This document shows, piece after piece, positions 27,223 to 38,386 of a DNA stretch of 64,000 bases. The notes under the pieces were generated by a model. That model made no database searches, had not been told where the DNA came from, and saw only the letters and a list, made by a program, of their open reading frames with translations. The DNA comes from Lama guanicoe (taxonomy: Eukaryota), in the NCBI GenBank assembly GCA_013239625.1, contig MU053876.1, positions 113,394-177,393 of the forward strand. Reading direction: 5' to 3'. Each line of letters begins with the position of its first letter. Positions within the stretch are counted from its first letter, which is position 1. Both the position numbers and the translations under genes were made by a program.

Positions 27223-29094
27223 AAAAACTACACTTAGGTGTGTCCCATTTAAATTGCAGAAAATCAAAAATAAAAATTCTTGAAGGAAGCCAGTAGGGAT
27301 AAATGTATCTTATTTATAAAGGAGCAAAGAAGAATTCTATCCAGTTCCCCTCAGAAACCATGCAAGTAAGAGGAGAAAGGAGTAAAATATTTAAAGGTTG
27401 AGAGGAAAAAAAACTACCAAATTAGAATTCTGTAACTTGTAAAATTATCTTTCAAATTAAAATACACATTTTGTCTAAGAAAAATTGAGGGAATTTCTTA
27501 CCAGAAGTCCTGCCTTGCAAGAAATGTTGAAAGAGAAACGGAAAATGATATAAAACAGAAACTTGGGTCTACATAAAGGAAGACCATCAGATAATGACTA
27601 AGTGGAGGTAAAATAAAAACTTTTATTTTTCCATTCTTAATGTACCCAGCAGAAAATAGTTTGTTTGAAATAATAATAGCAACAATGTATTCAATTACTA
27701 TACATATATTTTATATATATCCATAATGAATGACAGCAATGGTACAAAGACAGAGGAGGAATTAGGAAAATTCTGTTAATGTGAAATACATGCAGTACTC
27801 ATGAAGTTATATGGTGTTTTTTGAAAGTGAACTTAGATAACCTGGAAATGAATATTGCAAACTCTAGGAAGACCACTAAAAAAGTTAAAAAGGAAGTATA
27901 ATTGATAGGCTAAAAAAGGAGAGAAAACAGAATTACGTGAAATACTCAAAACTACAAAAGGCAAAAAAAAGAGTGGAAGAAAAAACAAGAACAAAAAAAC
28001 AAGGCAAACAGAAAATAGTAACAAACATGGTAGATATTAACCCAACTATAACAAGAATCGTTTTAAGTATCAATGGTCTAAATACACCAATTAAAAGACA
28101 GAGATTGTCAGAGTGAATCAACAAACAGGACCCAGCTATATGCTGTGTACAAAAAAGCTCCCTTTAAATATAAAGACATATTTTAGGCGGAGGTAAAGGG
28201 ATAGAGAAAGATATACTATGTTAACACTAACCAAAAGAAAGCAGAAGTAGCTATATTAATTTAATATAGAACAAACTTTATTAGTAAAAAAGAGGAAAAT
28301 TACATAGTGATAAAGTGATCAATATTCCAAGAAAACATAATGGTCATTAACATGAATGCACCTAACAGAGTGTCAACATAAGTAAGGCAAAAATTGAAAG
28401 AACTCAAGGAGAAATAGATCAATCTATTATTATAACTGGAGACTTTAACACCCTCCATCAGAAATGGACAGAGCCAGCAAGCATACAATCTGTAAGGACA
28501 CAGTTGAACTCAGCACCGTCAACCAATTGGATACAACAGACATCTACAGACTACTTCATCCAACAACAGCAGAGTCACATTGTGCCCAAGCTCACCTGGA
28601 ACACTCACCATAATAGACCACATTCTGGACCATAAGACATACCTTAACAAATTAAAAAACAGGTATTTTACAATAGTGTGCTCTCAGACCACAATGGAAT
28701 CAAAGTATAAATCAAAAATAGGATGATTGGAAAAATCCCCAAATACTTGGAGCTTAAACAACACCATTCTAAATAACACATGGATCAAAAAGAAATCTCA
28801 AAATAAATTCAAAAACATTTTGAACTAAATGAAAAAAATACAGCTTATCAACATTTGTGAAATGAAGTGAAAGCAGTGTTTAGAGGGGAATTTATAGTAT
28901 TGAATGCATATATTATGAAAGAATAAAGATCTAAAGTCAATAAGCCAAGCTTTCACCTTAGGAAACAAGAAAAAAGAGCAAGTCAAATCTCAAGTAAATA
29001 TTAGAAAAGAAATAAAAATTAGAGGACAAACCAATGAGATTGGAAACCGAGAGTCAAGAGAGAATATAAATAAAACCAAAAGCTGTTTCTTTGA

Positions 29095-29632
29095 TTATCT
29101 GCTCTGCATATGCCTGTCAGTATCTACAAATTTTGAAATCCCAGTCTGTCCCTTCCCACCCCCCTGTCCCCGTGGCAACCACAAGTTTGCATTCTATGTC
29201 TATGAGTCTGTTTCTGTTTTGTATTTATGTTAATTTTTTTTTTTTAAGATTCCACAAGTGAGTGATCTCATATGGCATTTTTTCTTTCTCTTCCTGGCTT
29301 ACTTCACTTAGAATGACATTCTCCAGGGACAGCCATGTTGCTGCAAATGGCGTTACGTCATCATTTTTATGGCTGAATAGTATTCCATTGTATAAATATA
29401 CCACATCTTCTTTATCCAGTCATCTGTTGATGGACATTTAGGCTGCTTCCATGTTTTGGCTACTATATAGCACAGGGAAATATATACAAGATCTTGTGGT
29501 AGCTCACAGGGGAAAAAAAAAATGTGACACTGAATATATGTATGTTCATGTGTATAACCGAAAAATTGTGCTCTATACTGGAATTTGACACAACATTGTA
29601 AAATGACTATAACTCAATAAAAAACGTTTAAA
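29095..29632. mobile_element. Young 5'-inverted (twin-primed) L1 insertion nested in the old L1
   Basis: 29095 to ~29460 is L1 3'UTR on the minus strand; ~29461-29632 is the L1 terminus on the plus strand. 17-bp TSD aaaagctgtttctttga at 29078-29094 and 29633-29649. Confidence 0.9.
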
Positions 29633-31574
29633 AAAAGCTGTTTCTTTGAAAAATCAATAAAATCAATAAACCTCTAGCCAGGCTAACTAAGAAAAGAAAA
29701 GAGCAAAAACATAAATTACTAACATCAAAAATGAAAGAGAGGACATCACTGCAGATCCCACAGACCTTATTTAAAAGGATAATAAATGCATGCTATGAAT
29801 AACTCTATGCCAACAAATTTGGTAACCTAGATGAAATGGACCAACTTTTTGAAAAACACAACCTGCCAAAAGTCACACAAGTAGAAACAGACAATCTGTA
29901 GAGGCCTCCTGTATCTCTTTTAAAAATTGAATTAATACAATAATCTTCTAAAACAGAAAGCATCAAGCCCAGGTGGGGGCACTGGTGAATTCTACCAAAC
30001 ATTTAAGGAAGAAATTATACCCATTCTGTATAAACTCTTCCAGGAAGGGTATACTTCCTAACTCATTCAGTGAAGCCAGTATTACCTGAAATACCAAAAC
30101 CAAATAAAGACATTACAAGAAAACTACAGAGCAACCAATATTCTTCATGAACATAGATGAAAAAAGTCCAACAAAATATTAGCAAATCAAATCTAACATT
30201 GTAAAGAATTACATATCACAACCAAGTGGGATTTATTCCAGGTATACAAGGTTGGTTCATCATTCAAAATCAGTTCAATTAATATAATCCATGACATTAA
30301 TAGAAGCAGACAAAGCACTTGACAAAATTCAACACCCATTCATTCATGGTAAAAACTCTCAGCAAACTAGGAATAGGGGGAAACTTCCTCAATTTGATGA
30401 GGAGAAGCTCCAGAAAACCTACAGCTAATATCATCCTTAATGGCAAGAAATGCAAAGCTTTCTCCCTGGGATCAGAAACAAGTCAAAGACGTTCTTTCCT
30501 CACCACTCTTCTCAACACTGTACTGGAATTTCGGGCTAATGCAGTAAGACAGTAAAAGAAAATGAAAGGTACAAACTGAGAAGGAAAAAATAATACTATC
30601 TTTCTTTGCAGATGACATGATTATCTAAGTAGAAAATCCGAGAGAATCAAGGAAAATACTCCTGGAACAAACAGGTGACTACAGCCAGTTGCAGGATACA
30701 AAGTTAACACGCAAAAGTCAATCACTTTCCTATTTACCAGCAATGAACAAGTGGAATTTGAAATTGAAAACACATTACTATTTATATTAATACCCCCCAA
30801 AATGAAATACTTGGCCATAAATCTAACAAAATACGGACAAGATCTGAGTCAAGAAAAATTATGTGAATAATACCCTATGTGTTTAAAAAATACAATTATA
30901 ATGAATGTTCCTACATAAGAAAACGCTTCCTAGAACCAGCAGAAGAATTACTTCATGTGGAGTAACAGTTAATGCAACAAAAACAGGATAACCCAGTCCT
31001 GTGTACAGGACCCTGAAATCTGTTACACTATCACTGGGTCTGTATTTACACATCATTTACTGACCCTGCAGATTTCAACAATGAAAGAGTTGCATCAAAC
31101 ATAATAGTGTGCCAATTTCTACAGGGTAAAAAAGAATTTAGGCCAAAAAATTAGTAGTAATTATTTCTGGGTTGGAAGAAGAAATTTGGGGGTAGAGAAA
31201 TCCTCGAAGTTGCCAGGACGAGATAAATGGTTTGCTTCCAAGCAACTCACCTTGTGTAAAATAATCTGAATGGTTAATTATCTCTCAAACCTACTTTGAT
31301 CGCAGTAAGAAGCTGCGTATGTCCTAAAGTCACCCTGCAAGCTAAGCAGACCCAGGATTAAACTGTTTATTTTGGAGACAGTGAAGAGTGTGTATATGCA
31401 GGAATGCCAAAGGACCTGGACTTAAGTGCCCAAAACACACGACAGTGACAAGAGACATAGTTCCATGACTTTTTGAGAAAGCAGGTTCCTGCTAGTGTGA
31501 AATGGCTGTAATATGCTTTTTAAAAGTCAAAGACCGTATCACTTCAAAATATTAATGCTTTTTAAAATTTCTTA

Positions 31575-31753
31575 AAATTTTATTTTATTTAATTTTTGAA
31601 GGGGAGGTAATTAGGCTTCTTTTTATTTTTTTTTTTTACCATTTTTTTGGTTTCTTCATTTATTTACTTATTTTTTTAATGGAGGTACTGGGGATTGAAC
31701 CCAGAACCTCGTGCCTGCTAAGTGTGCCCTTTACTGCGGAGCTACACCCTCTC
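31575..31753 (-). mobile_element. tRNA-derived SINE (Vic-1-like)
   Basis: atggaggtactggggattgaacccagaacctcgtgcctgctaag...gagctacaccctctcc; T-rich tail on the left. Confidence 0.85.
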
Positions 31754-32885
31754 CGGCTCAAAATACTAATGTTTAGAAAAACTAAATATTTCAAAGTTTA
31801 TGCTGGTTACACAAGAGAAATGTCTAGTCCACGCGAGAAGAAAATTGCATTTGTGACAATAAAGGGAGTTCAACCTTTATTGCTAATAAACAAAGAAACT
31901 GTGTTTTCAGTACAAGGAATAAAACCACATTTGTGGCAGTAAATGTCTCTTTACCAGAGCAGTTTGCTTGCCATTCTTTTTCCACTCTTTTCAAACCTAC
32001 TTATATGCTTTGAAATCGAAACTTAGATGGCTGGGTTAACATTTAAACTTTTTCTCAAATAAAATGCTTTTACATATAAGTTTTTAAAAATACATATTAA
32101 AGTTTTGCAAAGGAGGAAAAAATATCACTCTTACTTTAAAATTCACTCGGCACCAAATCAGATCCTCCCACAGAATAATCTGTTAGAACTTAGGTTGATT
32201 AAGTGAGATGGGCCTTGTAAGATAAAAAAAATTCTTATGATCACTGAGCAGAAAAAATTTAAATATATTTGTTTATCAAAAAATCATTTCCATGCAACTA
32301 TTATATTCTTTTTAAGAGTTAAAAATGTGCTACACCTACTGTAAATCTGATGATGAATTCACTTAAAAAGCTATCTATAAACCAGAATGTTTATGATTTA
32401 AGAGAACTTTCTTTGAAACTGACCTGAAATATCATATTTTTCACCGAAATAAAAAAAAAGTTATTACCTTTTATATTTGCCTTGAATTTACTTAGAAATA
32501 AAATATTTTGAAAAATACTTTGCTCTGAAATATCCAAGGGAAAGTTTCGCTCCAGGAGTATATTTTAAAAGCCACAGCTGCTAATTTTGAAATATATGCT
32601 TTGAAATACACCAGCAGGACCTATGCAGAAAGACTAAGAACAAAGAAGATGACAGAAGACTAATTAAAGCCCCAGCATTTAAACAGAGCGTGTGCTTAGT
32701 CATTGAAAATTGCTTCAAGAGAGCAAAATACATACTATTAATCCATATAAAATGATTTTTCAGTGGACAAAGATATACTATTTTCCTATGAAGAGGAGAG
32801 ATTTTTAATGGCAACATATTTTGGAAAGCATGCCCCTGAATAAATCCTTATTTTAGGGGTGGTAAGGAATAAAAAATGCATGTAC

Positions 32886-33000
32886 CCTGGTTTGTGAGGG
32901 AGCACATCTCCAGTCTTTGCTCATCAGAAAATCCATACAGCAGGTACGCTTCTTGGAGTGCACTTTTGTACCACTTCTTCTTCTTGTTACATTTTCCTGG
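32886..33000 (-). CDS. ZCWPW2: ZCWPW2 coding exon, PWWP C-terminal helical part
   Basis: Acceptor ttttctgtctctctttAG, donor CAGG|GTACAT. 115 nt, phase 0 to 1. Reads PGKCNKKKKWYKSALQEAYLLYGFSDEQRLEMCSLTNQ. Confidence 0.9.
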
Positions 33001-34249
33001 CTAAAGAGAGACAGAAAATAAGGTTCATTTTGAAATTTACAATTTTGTTTTAGCATCCACTCGATTCAGCAGTTGAGCTAGAACTAAATCTGAGCACTGT
33101 ACAATAGATTACTTACACTTTGGTATCTGATTATTCTTTTATTAGTATTTTAGAAAAGAGCAAAATTGTAGAACTTTTGCATATTAATAGCCAAAAGGGT
33201 CAGAGTCTTCATTGACTAAGGTAATACTTATAATATAATTCATCTCACACTTAGAAAGGTACAGAAAGTTAAGACCACCAATGTAACAAAGTAGTGAATA
33301 TTAATACATTTTATCAGAATACTGTTAATTCCCTTTTAACACAGCAATGATAAAGAAGTGGTAAAAACTGAAAAGTCTAGTTTCTTATTGTAATAAGATT
33401 AATTTCATTTACAGCTAGTTTTGGTGTTACTGCAGCTAGTTGATACATTCATGCAAGTTTTTGAAACTTTCTGTGCCCCAATTTCTTCACCTGTAAAATG
33501 TGGATAACACGATTGTCATAAGGTTTCATAAGCATTAAATAAAATAATAGATGAATGTTTTCTGTAAACATTCAATAAATGTTATTCTACTTGAACACAG
33601 CACTTTTTCTAAAATGTTTATTTAGTTTTTTAAAAACTACAATTTGAAAAGAAAAACAGAATCAAAGAATCTCTAGGTTAAAAATGAATATAAAATTATC
33701 TGGCCCAATAATTTTGCCAATGCTGTTTTTAAAGCTTGCCCATAAAAGGTTTTTATAATGTTTACAAACACTACAATTTATAAAATGCATGCTACCCTTT
33801 TCTTTTTGAAAACTTTACCATCAAAAAGAATAGAGGTGTTAAATTACATGTGGTCCCTGGACACTAACTTATTTGGCATAAAAAGTGAAAAAATATAATC
33901 AAAAATATATCTTTGTACACAGAATATTTAAATTTCACTTATTAAGTTATTTCATATGAGAAAAGATGAAAAGATAGGCAGATACAATTCAATAAATATT
34001 GGAAAATTTAAGTCAATTTAAGAATATCTAAGGCTGACATTTGCAGATTTAAGACAGTCCTGCAACTCAAATGTTATAAAGATGAGTTAAGAATTTATAG
34101 GCAGTGAAAAATCACCTAAAAGTTGATATAGCACTAAACAATTGAAGTTACGGAAATTTCTTGAGGAAAATGAATATGATACATTGCTATAGTAAACTTT
34201 TGCGAGTTTGGGGAACTAAAGAACTTTTTTTTTGAAGTCACATAATTTA

Positions 34250-34565
34250 ATTACTTTATTTTTATTGAAATATAGTCGATTTACAATGTGTCAATTTCTG
34301 GTGTACAGCACAATTTTTCAGTTATACATATATATGCGTATGTATATATTCCTTTCCATATTCTTTTTTATTATTGGTTGCTACAAGGTATTGAATACAG
34401 TTCCCTGTACTCTATGGTAGAAACCTGTTGTTTATTTATTTTATCTATAGTATTTAGTACCTGCATATCTCAAACTCCCAATTTATCCCTTCCCACCCCC
34501 TTACCCTACTGGTAATCATAAGTTTGTTTTCTACGTCTGTGAGTCTGTTTCTGTTTTGTAAATAA
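34250..34565 (-). mobile_element. Young L1 3' fragment (sense to the host gene)
   Basis: tttattgaaatatagtcgatttacaatgtgtcaatttctggtgtacagc...gtgagtctgtttctgttttg. Confidence 0.8.
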
Positions 34566-34959
34566 CCTGTTGTCTGAGTCTTTAAGAATTTGTCAGGAAG
34601 TATGTGCCACCTACTGGTAAGAATACAATTAAACATTTTCTAAAGAAGTCAAAAAGTTAAAGACTCTACTTTATAAAGAAGTTCGAATTCCAGAATAATG
34701 CTCAGCTATGCATTGCAGTTTTCAGTTAGTTTGTTCTTTAATTGAAGAAGTGATAAGTGCAAATTCCAAAAAGTGTAGAATGCGCCTCCCTATCCGTCCC
34801 TAGTACTCAGTGTTTCTCCCAAAGGCATCCAATTTTACCAGTTCTTTCACAGTCTTCCAGAGCTATTTTATCTACAAGCGTTTATATCATTTATATATGT
34901 TTTACAGATTGCCATGAATAGTTACATACTTTGAGTTTTTCTATTTGTCTTGCAGGCTG

Positions 34960-35985
34960 CTTCATTTATTGATTGATTCAACATATTCTAGACCCTTGGG
35001 ATCTATTGCTGAAAAGAACAGACAAAGCTTACATTATAACCAGTGAAACAGACAATCTACAATAAGTATGACAAACAGGTCAAGGCTACAGTTTAACAGG
35101 TTGTAAGTACCATGTAATAAAGAAAAGGTAAGGCAAGGAGGTAGTCAGGGTGACTCGCATTGAAAGTGGACATTTGAGCGAAGACCTAAAGGAAGTCAGG
35201 GAGTTAGCCCTGTAGCTATCCAAGGAAAGAGCACTGCAGGTGGAGGAAAAAGTGCTGTAAGATGGGAGATCACAAGTTTTTCAAGAAGCATCAAAGAAAG
35301 GAAGGTGGCTGAGGGTGAATGAGAAACAGAATGAGTAACAGGGAATGATATCAAAAAAACAATGAACAGGGACCAGATCATGGAAGTCCTTGCAGGTCAC
35401 TGTAGGGACTTTGGCTTTTACTTTGAGTGAAATGGGACTCACTGCAGAGTTCTGAGCAGAAAAAATAACATTTGATTCGAGTTAATGTTTTAAAACAATC
35501 ATTCTGCTCGCTTTGATGAGAACAGGATGACTGGCTACTGCAATAGTCCAGACAAGAAATAATGGTGATGTAGACCAGATAATAGCAGCCACTGTGGTGA
35601 AAAGTGGTAGGAGTCTGGATATAACTTGAAGGTAGAATAAAAATAATTTCTTGACCAACTGAAAATTGATTATGAGAGAAAGAGAGGATGACTCTAAGGT
35701 TTTTGGACTGAGTGAACAGAAGATGGAATCTGCCACCTACCGAGATGAGGAAGGCTGTCAGGGAAGTGAGACTTGCAGTAGGTGTGTTGGGGGGGAGCAT
35801 AGAGCAAGAGTTCAGACATATTGAGTATGCATTATGACATCCAAGTGAAGATACCGAGTAGCAATCTGGTAAGGGAATTCAGGAGAGAGAACTGAACTGC
35901 AGATAAAATGCAGGAAACATCCACACACATGCACCATATTTAAAGCCAATAAACTAGATGAGAAAACCAAGGGAATAAGGAATCA
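34960..35985 (-). mobile_element. L2 LINE 3' region
   Basis: ttcatttattgattgattcaacatat end; ggacatttgagcgaagacctaaagg; ggctttta ctttgagtgaaatggga...gagttctgagcag; ggtttttggactgagtgaacagaagatgga. Confidence 0.8.
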
Positions 35986-36868
35986 GATATATGTATATCC
36001 ATGTACATGGTATACATGTACCATTATTTATTTTACAAATGCCCTTATTATGGACATTTAGGTTTTTTCTAGTATTACACAACATGAAACAATGCTGCAA
36101 TAAAAAAAAATTGTCCCTATGTCTCTTTGCCCATGTGAAAGTGTACTGAGTATAAGTTCCTAAGATGTTGAATGACCACGTTTAATGTATGTATATTTTA
36201 AATTTTGGAAACCATTGTGAAATAACTCTTTAAAAAATTTTTTTTTAATCTAAGTATAGTCAATTTACAATGTTGTGTTAGTTTCTGGTGTACAGCATAG
36301 TGATTCAGTTATATATATATAACACACACACACATATTCCTTTTCATATCCTTTTTCATTATAGGCTATTATAAGATATGAAATATAGTTCCCAATGAAA
36401 TCACTCTTGAATGAGGTGGTCACAATTTACAATGCACCAAACAATGTTTCCTCACACTCTGGAGAACAACACTTCTGTTACTACACTGAGATCTCTGTCA
36501 ACATTTTTAAGGAAAAAAAAAAGTATTTCCTTTTTATTGTCATTTTTGTTTCTTAAATTCAGTCATCATGAGCAATTTTTCCTATTTTTTCCAGCTTTAC
36601 TGAAATTTAATTGACATGTAACTGTAAACTTACGGAGAGCAACGAAATGATTTGGTACAATGTATACACTGGGAAATGATTACTGCATCGTTAACACATC
36701 TGTTAACTCGCGTAATACTTACTTGTGTGTGTGGCGAGAACATTTAAGAACTTTTCTCTCAGCAAATTTCAAGGATATAATACAATCTCATTAACTACAG
36801 TCATCATGCATACAGCAGATTCCCCAGAACTTTTTCATCAACTTTTCATATTTTTAAAAGCCATTTAT

Positions 36869-37035
36869 GGGGGAGGGTATATAGCTCACTGGTAAAGTGT
36901 GTGCTTAGCATGCACGAAGTCCTGAGTTCAATCCCCAGGACCTCCATTAAAATAAATAGATAAATAAATAAATCTAACCCCCCCAAAAAAACCCTCAAAA
37001 TAAATAAATAAATTTTTTAAAAATAAATAAATAAT
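36869..37035 (+). mobile_element. tRNA-derived SINE (Vic-1-like)
   Basis: gggggagggtatatagctcactggtaaagtgtgtgcttagcatgcacgaagtcctgagttcaatcccc with (AAAT)n tail. TSD approximately g(c/t)catttat. Confidence 0.88.
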
Positions 37036-37529
37036 AAATGTCATTTATATTTTCTTTTCTATGAAATGACTGTTCAAATCCTGTGTTATATTTATCTTGC
37101 TCATGTTCTCATTGATTTGCAAGAGATTTTTTGTGTATTACAAATGTAGTCCTTTGCTATGTGTGTTGTAAATATCTTCTCCTGTTTATAGTTCACCTTT
37201 TAGTATATTTGTATTTTCCTCTCCGTTCATTTAAATCTTTCATCCTTCCAGAAGTAATTTGGACATGAGGTGTGAGATATAGCTTCTACTTCATTTTTTG
37301 CCCAAGAAGCCAGCCATTTGTATCCACATTATTTATTACCCAATATAATTTTTCTTTAATTATTTGAATACAACCTTAACCACTATTTTCAAGTAATTGT
37401 GGACTATATTTTATTAATCTATCAGATAACTATTAATACCAAACTGCTTGTACTACTGGACTATTACTATAATTTTATATTTTATAGACCTAACTCCCTC
37501 TTTTTTGTTTTATTTTCCTACAAATTTTA

Positions 37530-38386
37530 TAATTTGACCCTTGAACAACACGGGTTTGAACTTCATGAGACAGGAAGGGGGCAAGGTACAGTCATTCAAG
37601 GAATGACGCAGCAATTAACATCAAAATGGTGGCAGATTCAACCCCTAGTAGGCCTGGGGGCTCAAGATGGTGGGAGATTTCACTTTTAGGAGATCATGAG
37701 CTTCATTATATGCCTATCGTAATATATTAGCATAGTGAATACCATGCCCACAGGTGCCACGGCAGCCCCAAGGCTGGCCACAGAAGGTCAAAGAGCGGGA
37801 AATGGCCAACTTCCTGGGAATCCCAGGTTAGTTAGACTGGTCCTTCCACTATGAAGCCACCAAGCCCATACAAACTGGCAACACGGTGCCCCGCAGCCAC
37901 CGCCCCTTCTCTCTCCCTCTTCAGAGACGGCCCGCACTCTGTCCATGGAATGTGTATCTACTTTTAATCTGAGCACCCAACCCCCGCACCTCGTGGCCTT
38001 TCTCTTGCTTTTCGATGTATCTCTCTGAATAAATCTACCTTTACTCAACTGTGGCTTGCTCTTGAAGAGTTTCCTGTGCGAAGCCAAGGACCCACAATTG
38101 GTGGGCACGTCCCAGGGGCTCAACCGAAGCCTGGGACACAGCCCGCCTCACGCCCCACATCTGTTTTTCCTGCATTATTCGCAGTCCCATTTACACATGA
38201 CTTTTTCTTGCTAAATATGTACTGCTGGACCACAGGATCCCTGGTTGGCTGGATTTGCACATGCAGACCTGGTGGACTGGGACGACCGCTGGAAAGTTAC
38301 TGGAAAGTTACCATAAAGTTACACGTGGATTTTCGACTGCAAAGGGGGTGGGCGTCCCTACCCCTGAGTTGTTCAAGGGTCAACTG
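37530..38386. mobile_element. Tigger2-derived MITE (MER8-like) split by an ERV LTR
   Basis: TIRs tttgacccttgaacaacacgggtttgaac (left) and gagttgttcaagggtcaactg|TA (right), the same TIR family as the 19730-23041 element. Confidence 0.8.
37566..38177 (+). mobile_element. ERV1 solo LTR, MER41-like
   Basis: Starts tgagacaggaagggggcaagg. Contains caagatggtgg, cccacaggtgcc, AATAAA (~38028) and cttgctcttgaagagtttcctgtgcgaagccaagga. 4-bp TSD ttca/ttcg. Confidence 0.8.

Larger units (their letters stand above)
25735..30845 (+). mobile_element. Old L1 (L1MC/L1M4-like): 5'UTR, ORF1, ORF2 endonuclease and RT up to just past FADD; 3' end missing
   Basis: ORF1-like text (caagatctgtgggacaactataaaag, cctcagaaaccatgcaag), endonuclease-region text (aatggtctaaatacaccaattaaaagacagagattg, ctctcagaccacaatggaatc) and RT motif ttt gca gat gac atg (FADDM) at 30605. 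Heavily disrupted. Confidence 0.88.

Noticed and set aside
35378..35800. 140-aa minus-strand ORF
   Set aside because: Lies wholly within a decayed L2 element.
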